From positions 90,210,001 to 90,274,000 of the forward strand of contig NC_082718.1 in assembly GCF_030144855.1 (NCBI RefSeq): a stretch of DNA of 64,000 nt, written 5' to 3'. This stretch comes from Hypanus sabinus. Taxonomy: Eukaryota. The position numbers and the translations under genes are program-made. Positions 1 to 10,000 of the stretch are shown here, piece after piece. The notes beneath the pieces were generated by a model, which had not been told where the DNA came from, did no database searches, and saw nothing but the letters and a program-made list of their open reading frames with translations. Within the stretch, counting starts at the first letter, position 1. Every line of letters begins with the position of its first letter.

Positions 1-75
1 TTCAAGCACCGCGTCGGTCGGCCCCTGGACGAGGAACCATGCCCAAACCATCCACAGGGAGACCGACCCGTCCAT
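1..75 (-). CDS. TCTN1: Probable first coding exon (partial, runs off window) of a secreted/membrane protein; likely tectonic-1
   Basis: Minus-strand ATG at 75-73 in strong context (gcgATGg) with an in-frame TAA 6 codons upstream. Translates MDGSVSLWMVWAWFLVQGPTDAVLE, which looks like a signal peptide. Lies in the CpG island head-to-head with PPTC7; TCTN1 is the known head-to-head neighbour in vertebrates. The symbol rests on synteny only. Confidence 0.42.
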   Translation of the reverse strand, partial: MDGSVSLWMVWAWFLVQGPTDAVLE

Positions 76-837
76 CGCTGTGGGCAACCATTAAACAACC
101 GCCAACATCCGCTTCCTGTACACCACCGGGGAGGACTGGCAGAAAAAATAACCGTTCATTTGCCACAATAGGACTCGACTTCCACACAAGTTTTGTCAAC
201 GCGAGTAAATAAATCACATCCGTTAGTGCAATGCTATAATCCTGTGAGGAAAACCCCCGCTCTCTTTTTTTTTGGAAAAAGCAATTCGTCAGGAATTTTC
301 GACGGCAAAACCGCACGCAAGGAGTTTCTTACTTTAAATCTTAGAGTTGAAATTTTTTTTAAAAAAAAGCACGCGCGTTGGTGGGCTTTTGTTTTTGATT
401 GACTGATTTTTGGAGGCCGACGGCGGTCAGGCGGAGGCGATGGTGGCGTCAGAGCGGGCGGATGACGCAGGGTCCCTGCCAGTGACGTTGCCGGGGAGTC
501 ACGAGAGCGGCGAGCTCGAGCTGCACCGGGAGCTCGGTCAGGTTCAGGCGAGACCGCGGTGTGTGTGCGCGCGTGCTCGTGCTCCGTGTGAGGAAGATGG
601 CGATCGCCAGACGGAGTTTCGGCGCTGCGCTCCACCTCGGTCGGCGACTTTGAGCGGCAAAGAGTTTTATAAGCACGCGGGTGGACGGGGAAGGAGGAGA
701 GCGGGTCGGCTGCGTTTACACTTCCCTTTCCCCCCCCCCCTCCTTCACGACGTGTGAGTGATCGAGCCGGCGAGGTCCCTTCGTGAGGAGAGAGTCACCG
801 TGGGCTGGAAGGTCGCCGAGGTCCCGGGCTTGCGGGG
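76..837. promoter_or_regulatory. CpG island / putative bidirectional promoter and PPTC7 5' UTR
   Basis: Dense CpGs from 1 to about 1050, unlike the CpG-depleted remainder. YY1-type AAGATGGCG at 594-602, ETS-like CCGCTTCCTG near 109-118, X-box-like ATCGCTGTGGGCAAC at 74-88, TATA-like TTTTATAAG near 665-673. Confidence 0.7.
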
Positions 838-1039
838 ATGTTCTCGGTTTTGTCCTGTGGAAGACTGGTGGCCAGGGCGGTGTTGGGAGGACTTTCCCAG
901 ACGGACTCTCGGGATTATAGCCTGGTTACGGCCAGTTGCGGCTTCGGGAAGGACTTCAGGAAAGGGATTTTAAAGAAAGGAATGTGCTACGGAGACGACG
1001 CGTGTTTCATAGCCAAGCACAGGAGTGCCGATGTTTTGG
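838..1039 (+). CDS. PPTC7: PPTC7 coding exon 1 (mitochondrial presequence)
   Basis: ATG 838; [10 protein letters not shown]...HRSADVL-G; donor GTGAGC at 1040. Confidence 0.96.
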
Positions 1040-4000
1040 GTGAGCAAGTCACTTATTTTTGTTGTTGATGACTTATTTTTCGGTAAACTAAAACGAAGGA
1101 AGGGAAATCCCGTATGAAATGAAAGCAAAACTCTCTCATGGCAAAATACACAGGCCTGTTCGATATCACCGGGCTTAGAAAAACTCGATTTAATGAGTTA
1201 TGGTTGTAAGGCCGTCTAAAATGTCGTTTGTCTTTAAATAACCGGTTAACCTATAAGTCACAGTGCCAACGGTCAAGTCCCGAGGTCTCTTGTCATTCCG
1301 GGGCCAAAAATTGTAGGTAATATTTCATATACGCAAACTTCAACCATTTCTCAATCTTGCCCTTTCTCGTTTAAACAAAACCCTGCGATCCAAAATACTA
1401 AAATAGCTTCTAATTGGCTGAGCCAGTACTCCGCCTTTCTTCATCTAGATTATGATCCTGTTTGAGGTATAATTTTGCCGGTGTTTGTGCGTCAAGTAGT
1501 TTTCACTGAGCATTTCAACAGTTAAGATACTGCAACTCAAACCACATATTTCTTCATTTAGGCTTCTGAACATGACTTCCGCATTTATAAATTCAAATGA
1601 AGCAGAGTGCATGTTGGATATCAGTTTATATAACTTAAATGAAAATGTTATCGACTTTAATATGAACGCGAATGCCTTCAACTTCGTTACGAAAGTTAAT
1701 TTCATTTAATTGCATTTGATCCAATGAGCTGAACTTCACAAATGCATTCAACGTTGCGTGGCCATTCCGCGAGATGGAGCAATGTGTGAGCCCTTCCTAG
1801 GCCACAAAGATCGGAAAGGAACAGACCGCCCTGATGGCATTCTGACAGTTGATGTTGCCATGGGTCTTTTCCACTGTTTATAAATATCTCATTGACAGTT
1901 ATAAACTTTCAAAGACAATTTAAATAACTGCAATTAAATTGCATTCAATGTGTAAATGGACTTTCTCCAATGCTCTCCCAACTCTTCTCAGTATTTTTAT
2001 TTGCACAATTTATCTTTTGCACATTTGTTAGTTTTTGTTTACATATGGCTTTTCATGTATTCCTTTATCCTCCTGTAAATTAATTTCAAGGTACTATGTG
2101 GTAACATATAGCTACTTTGATTTTGAAATGAAAATTAAATTAATAAAGCACACTGGGGGAGGCTTTCTTTTATAATGAAGGTCATCAACTCTTACAAAAC
2201 GAATGAACAGGCCGGATGGGCCAGCTTTGATCCATGTAAGGCTGAGGGGCTAGATGTAAAATCCTTGGCCTCTATTGAGTTCAGGATGGATCAGGAGAGC
2301 TGATGTAACTGATCTCCAGCATTTTGGATACCTTGGTAGCACAAGCAAAGAAATCTAGAATTCACTGTAGTCAGCTGGTTGGTGGTTCTTTGTGAAACTT
2401 GACTAGCTGTCAGTTCAGTCTAGCCATGCTGTCAAAAGAAGGAGCTAAATATTGTAAAGAATTTTAAAATTCATTTTTCAGGATCTGGTGTTGCTACCAA
2501 GGCCAGTATTTATCATCATTATGGGAAGGGGAACTGAAATGGCATATAACCATTCTCTTTATGTAGAGAATGGAAGAATGCAGACTTGGGCTAAAGGAGC
2601 AAATTTAGTTAGGCTTTTAATCACTAGTTTAATTCAGTACATTGTTGTTTCTATGTTCCATCCCTCCTCACTGGTTCTTCCTATCAAATGCCTGCACTGG
2701 AGTGCCTTCGGTCTCCTTTTGGAAGAGTTCATCTGCTCAAAGTACGAATTTTATTACTAATGACTCTTGATGCCCTAGCTGTTAGGGATCATGGTTCTAT
2801 GTCTGGAGTCAGAACATGTAGGATAACAAGCTTCCTTTACTGATTTAAATTACTGAACCAGGTAGGCTGCTAAGACTCTGGACTCTTGCCTCTTTTCGCC
2901 TGCCTATCACCTCTCTCTGTTACCACTAGTCTTCCCCTTTTCCTCTCCTGTCAGATTTCCTTCTTCAGCTATTTACCCTTCCCACTCATCTGGTTTCACC
3001 TATCACCTTTCAACTAGCCTCCTTCCTTCCCCCCCCCCCCATCCTACCTTTTTATTCTGGTGTCTTCCCCCTTTCGTTCTAATCCTGAAGAAGGGTTTTG
3101 GCCTGAAATATTGACTCTTTGTTGATTTCCTTAGATGCTGCCTGACCTGCTGAGTTTTTCCAGCATTTTTTGTGTGTGTTGCTTTGGATTTCCAGCATCT
3201 GCAGAATTTCTCATGTTTATGATTTGCTGTAACACTGCAGGATAGTTTCATTGTCACCATTAGCTATATTCCTTGCTAGATTTATTTAAATTAATGAATT
3301 TAAATTGCCTTGATGGGATTTATACATGTCTAGATCATCAATGCTACTGCATTACCAGCCCAGAGCCATTTTCCTCTGTGCTCCATAGTTGCTGCAATGA
3401 TATCATTATCTTCCACAGTGATTCCTGTTAGTGCAAATTTTTAGTGCCCTTTTGCCCACATGCACAACTATACAAAAAGTGGATAACCAAGTTATATTTT
3501 CTTAATTGTGCAGCTTTTGTGTTTTACAGTTTGAATGTTTCCAACTACAGTTATTCAAAATAAAAACAAAACATTGAAGCTGTGGAGAGGGAAAGAGAAA
3601 AGGTTAACGTTTCAGGCGGATAGTTGAGTATCAGAAAGAATTGGACAGAAAATTTGTTCTGATGAGAGGTCATTTATCGGAAACATTTTTTGTTATTCAC
3701 TTTCTATAGAAGATGTCTAACCTGAGTATTACCAGTGTTTTGTTTTTATTTTAAGATTTTCAGTGTCTGCAAGTTGGGTTTCAGCTCCATTTAATCAAAA
3801 CTCCAAATTAAAATGCTTAATTTTAAACAAGCATTCTTACTGATGGGTGGGGGGTAACTAGTTACTAAAGTTGTGTGCATTCTTCCTGTGTGATTTTTTT
3901 CCTCTCTATTTTAGTAGCACATACACCTATGCTGTAATACTGCTGCTCCTGACACCAGCTTTCATCCCATGGCGATACACTAAGTACTTTCTGCCACATG

Positions 4001-7000
4001 TGCAATCTATTTATTACTAATCTTTTGTTTCCTGTTTGCCCGTCAATTCTTCATCCATATCAGTATTTTACTCACAGTTCCATTGCAATGTTGGAGATTG
4101 GAGTTGGGAATCCTATGCCTGGCCTGAGAGTGGCATGGCCTAGCTGAGGATGCTGAAGTTGGCTTACCCTATCCATTAGACTTTAGTGGTTTTTGTGAAG
4201 GTGGCTTTCAGTTGCCTGCTGTAAATAGACTATGTCTCTGAAGTGAAATCATTGCTGCTGCTGGTGAGTCTTCAATTGGTGCTAGCTTTCTTCCTTTCCT
4301 TCCTTTCCTTTTCTTTCCTTAGGTGGAGGCTGTGAACTGCTCCAGCTGCTGTGCTTTGTGTCTGCGAGCTTCTTGGTGGTTTGTCCCGCTGATATGATGG
4401 ACTGAGATGAAGGCTTTAGCTTACTCTGGGCTGCTCTGGGGATTTAGATCTAAGGACTCAGTTTGGTTCACTTCTATCGTTTGCATGATTTGTGTATTTT
4501 TTCTTTCTCTGCGCATTGGTTGTTAGTTGTTTTTTTAATAGGGTCCTTTCGAGTTCTTTGCTTTATGGCTGTGGAATTCAGCAGTGATGAACATTGTTCC
4601 ATGAGCACAAGTTTGAGTCAATCTCTCTATCTCTCACACACATATACACACACACACACACAAATTGCGCATGCACCCTTAACTCCTGGTGGAGTTGTCA
4701 GGGTGTCGTCATGACAAGCTTTTTGCACTGATCTCTTTAGTGATTGCTCATCGTACGGCGTGTCTTGGGCATCTGAAAGCTGGCGGAGCCCATACCGCTC
4801 CAGGTTTTTTAATGAGGTCGAGTCGCTAACTCGACACTCAACCCAGGCGCAGATGGAGGATTGTGACTGCCTGTAAGCAGACAAATCTCAAGGTTGTATA
4901 ACTTATGCATTCTTTGAATCCTGAGACATGAAATGACCCAGATTCTTCCAAGATCATCTTGTAAACATTTAATAGTAGGGTTGTATTGTTCAGAGACTTG
5001 TTTTGAGTGTTAAGTGAAAGACCCATCTCCTGGATTCTTAAGTGAGCAAGCCTCTAATTTGGGGTTGGCTCTGATTGTTCTAAAGCGTTATCTACACACT
5101 GAAGTTGGGTGTGATATGTTTTGGAGTGGAGGTGAGATAGTTTGAACTGCTCATTTTGCATGTAGTTTAACTCTGCTACAGCAGGAAGCATGGTGGAGGT
5201 GAGGTAGACTATTGTTGAGAGAAAAATTGAGAATTAATATAATGACACTGCCTTACTTGACCCCATGCCCCACTGCAATTTGGTCTCCTGAGGATCACTA
5301 ATACATTGCCATAGTGCAGATGTAGAGTGGACACAAATTTTTAAGGCAACCACATTTGTGAAAGATCTTCCACAATCTCTCTCAGAAGACTGCCAAAGGC
5401 TTTTGTGAAGTCTGTGAAGGATGTGTTAGTGGTAGGTAGTGCTCCTTGCAATTTTTCTGCCCTATTGAAAACTGCTGATGGTTATATATGCCCTTGCAAA
5501 TTAGAAGCAAGTAGTCCACTCAGACTCTTAATCTTTGCTCTGTTGTTTAATACAATCATGGCTGATCTGATTACAATTTTAATGCTGCATTTCTGTCTGA
5601 TTGTGGTATTATTTCACTCCCTTGCTATCTGCCTCTTCCATCAAAAATATTCAGACTGGTTCTATCCTTTTGAGGAAGAAAGTTAAAACCTTATGATGGA
5701 AATAAAGTAAGTTTGAGGATTTGGGTTAATGAAGTTACACTGTAAGGTTACAGCAGCAAGTACACCTCCTCCCTCACTACCATTCAGGACCCAATCTTTC
5801 CAGGTGAGGCATCACTTCATCTGCGAGTCTGTTGTGCTCATCTACTGTATCCAATACACTCAGTGTGGCCTCCTGTATATCATTGTGACCTAGTGTAGAT
5901 TGGGAGATCGTTTCGCTGAGCCCCTACACTCTGTCCACCAGAAAAGATTGGAATTTCCATGTACCCACCCACTTCAGTCCCACTCACCATTCCCATTCTG
6001 CCTTGTCAGTCCATGGCCTCCTTTACAGCCACAATGAGGCCTACTCAGGTTGGAGGAGCAATAGTTTGCATTCCATCTGGATAGTTTCCAACCTGATGGC
6101 ATGAACATCAATTTCTCTATCTTCCAGTAATGGCATATCCTCACCCTTCTCCTTCCTCATTCCCCATTCCTGTTTTCCCTCTTTCACCTTATCTGCTTAC
6201 CTGCCCATCACTTCCCTTTGGTTCTCCTCCCCCTTCCCTTTCTTCCATGGTCTTCTATCCTCTCCCATCAGATTCCCTTTCCTCTACCCCTTCATCTTTC
6301 ACCAATCAATTTCCCAGCTCATTACTTCTCCCTCCCTCCCTCCCCCTCCTGGTTTCACCTGCCAACTTGTACTATATCCTCCCCTCCCCACCCACCACCT
6401 TACTCTGACTTCTCCCCTTCCTTTCCAGTCCTGATGAAGGGTCTCAGCCCAAAATGTCGACTGTTTACTCTTTTCCCTGGATGCTGCCTAGCTTGCTGAG
6501 TTCCTAATGCATTTTGTGTGTGTTGCTAAGGTAACAGCAGGGTATTTTGTTAATGTATAGTAAATGACATGAAGATTAGCAAAACAGTAAGACTAAAATA
6601 CAGTATAAAGATTAATGAAGGAACAAATCTTTTGCTTGCTGGGGACTCCATGGCTATCAAATTCTCTGAGGATCTATCCTGGACCCAATCTATTAATACA
6701 GCCAAAAAGAATGCACGACAGTGGCTATATTTCATTAAGAGTTTGAGGAGATTTGGCATGTCACCAAAGACACAAATTTCTACAGATGTACCACGGAGAG
6801 CATCTAACTGGCCACATCACCAGTATGTTGAGGGGGGAGGGGTGCTACTGCACAGGATCAAAATAAACTGCAGAGAGTTGCAAACTTAGTCAGCTCCATC
6901 ATGGATCCAGGATATCTTCAAGGAGTGATGCCCCAAAAAGGTAGCATCCATCTTTAAGGACCCCCATCACCAGCCAGAAGGTACACACTCAATGATTCAG

Positions 7001-10000
7001 GAACAGCTCCTTTCCTTCTGCCACCCAGTTTCTGAATGGACATTGAACCCATGAACACAACCTCACTACTTTTTAATTTCTATCTTTGAGTTATTTAACT
7101 ATTATATACTTCAATTCACATTTACTTCTATTATAATGCTGCTGTAAAGACAACAAATTTCATGACATATGCCGATGATATAAAATCTGATTCTGACAGC
7201 AAGGATGGAGAACTTAAAAGATCCTTGGAAGCAATCACATTTCTGGTTTGAAGAGAAATCTGATGAGCTTGCTCACTACCCATGCTGTATGTTCAAAAAG
7301 CCCTGCTTTCCTAAACTACAAATATATGCCAATTATAATACTAAAGCTAGTCAGTTTTAATGACGCATATGTAGACCATTCAGTACATTGTCAAATGAGT
7401 CAATCTTGCTCATTGCCACAAAACAAATTTATCGTCTGCTACATTTCTGCTTGTTTCAAGGCCTCTTGGATCCTGTGAATCAAGGCCTCATGATTTTTTT
7501 TAACTTCGTAATACTTGCCTGCTCACTCAGCACTAAGCAGACAACATTTTAAGTAAGTCTTAGTTTTAACCCTTTCATTACAGACTTGCTACCCACTGAA
7601 AGAGATTAATCTCTTTTGTCGTAAATGTGATCTCTTATTTTTAAACACTCAACCTTAGTTTCATATTCTTCCATAAGAGGAAACCTCCTCTCCACATCCA
7701 CCTTGTCAAGACCTTTCAGAATGCTGTATGTTTGAATCAAATTTCATCTTGCCCTTCTAAAGTCCTTGAGGTGGAAGGCTAGTTTGTTACAGCTTTTCTC
7801 TAAGACAACTGTCCATTGTGTTCCAAACACAAACATATTGGATTTTGTTACTGGGCATGAAATATTTTTGTGATTAAAAATCCTATTTAAAAAATAATCC
7901 TTGTGTGAAATAGCTAAGTACTAGAAGTGGCTTATTGAAAATTGCACTTAATTACAGCTGATCAAATTCTGAAGTTACAATTGATGGCTTTCATTTGATA
8001 AGAGGTTATTTTGCCCTCAAGTCTGCTGGCTCTGAGAATTCCCCCCCCCCCCCACCGCTCACCCCCAATTCCCCTGTGAGCCTTCTGTATTAAAGGCAGT
8101 TCACAGTAGATAACTAACCTGCTTTGGGATGCAGTAGGAAACTGAAGCACCTTGGGGAAATGCATGCTGTCATCGGGAAAAGACGTAAACCCAACACCAG
8201 AAGATTGAGCATGTGCTAGTGGAACTGAGAAATAGTAGCTCCATCTGCTCTGCCATTGCAGCAGATTTAAAGGGATTGGGGGGGGGGGGTCTTCATAACC
8301 CCTCTTATGAATTGCAAATGCATTCCAGTATTCTTAACTATTTGTGTTCATGCTTTATTTGTTAACTTTATATTCACTTCATGGCTATTATCATAAAAGT
8401 TGAAAACAAAATCCTCCAATGCTTCAAATCTTGCCATTCTTGGAGTTGATGCAGTATGTTAGGCAATATTTTGAAGTTAAGGAATTATGTGAATATAGCA
8501 CTTATTAATTCAAACAAGAAACAGTCTTCATTCCTTAATGTAAATTGCAAACAATTATCAGTTTGCAGTTGAAAGGACAGTTTTACAAACAGTACCCTCT
8601 GCAGAGCCAGGCTGCTGGCCCACAGCAGGGGGCTGGCTGCTCAAGACATATGGTTTACAGTGCGAAGTGAAGGTGAAACATTCTCAATTACATCAGTCAA
8701 ACGTAAAACAATGCAGTTATGTTAATTGGGCTACATCAAACCAGGTAATGTGGGCTGTTAATTTGCACAATTGTGACCAAATTCAAGGAAGCTTGTGGCC
8801 CAGACTGATGTTGTCACTTAGCACATCAAACATAGTTATTGTAACTATTGAAATTACATTAAATCACCTTTGATCTTAGGGATATGACTACTTGTTGTGA
8901 TAAATAAAGACCTTTATATCAGCAACTTTAGTGCCTTGCCAGTAACTCAGATGATGGTCACAATACAATATAGATGTTATTATTTCTTCTAGCAGCTGCA
9001 TGAAAAGCACTTTCCTCCTTTGAAACTATCTTCTTTCAAGTTCCAAAATCATTACATCAACTTTCTGAACACTAAAACTAACTTGCCCTGATTCGCTGTT
9101 TCCTAATTAGCTGAGTACCTATTCCTCAATACGTGTTCTCCCCAGTTTACCAACTCCTAACTTATGTACATACGAATATTTGCTTGAGTGTTTGAAAGAC
9201 TGGCAGTATAGACTTGCCAATAGCTGCAGTGCTGAAGGCATCTTCAACCATGTGGTTTATGGCTGGGCTTTTTTTCATGATCTAGGGAGGACCAATATGA
9301 TTTTTCAAAAATTTTGCTCCTGTCTGTGGTTTGGCATTCATTTGCAAATTTAATGAGCCTTGTTCAAAGTAAAATTTATTATCAGATTACATTCATGACA
9401 CCACATACAACCCAGAGATTTATAAATTTATAAAACAGGAACTAAACGGTGCAAATGGAGATTATAAATAATGGGCATAAAATAATAATATAAGAGTTCT
9501 TAAATGAGTGGAGCTATCCTCTTTTGTTCAAGAGCCTGATAGTTGAGTGGTAGTAACCATCCTCGAAGCTGGTGGTGCAAGTCCCGAGGCTCCTGTAACT
9601 TCTACCTGATAGCAGCGGTGAGAAAAGAGCAAGGCCTAGGTAGTGAGGATCTTTGGAACCTGCTTTTCTACGGCGACATTTCATGTAGATGTGCTCAATG
9701 GTTGGCAGGGTTGGCTGTGGTGTACTAGATTGAATGCACTACATTTTTTAAGATTTTCTGCTCAAAGGGATTGAGGTTCCCATACCAAGCTATAATTCAG
9801 CCAGTCAGCACACTTTCCACCACACTTCTTTAGAAATTTGCTAAGGTTTTCCATGACATGCGGAATCTCCGCAGACTTTTGATGAAGTAGAGGCGCTAAC
9901 GTGCTTTTTTTTTGCAATATTTATGATGGGTCCAGGATAGCTCCTCTGAGATAATGACACTCAGGAATTTAAATTTACTGACCCTTTTCACCTTTGATCC

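Noticed and set aside
2-757. ORFs 2-316(-), 234-635(-), 410-757(+), 449-676(-)
   Set aside because: Overlapping low-complexity ORFs typical of a GC-rich CpG island, with no recognisable domain.
8041-8289. C13 and G12 runs flanking a SINE, forming a possible stem
   Set aside because: Homopolymer pairing is uninformative; similar runs occur at 731, 3028 and 23891.
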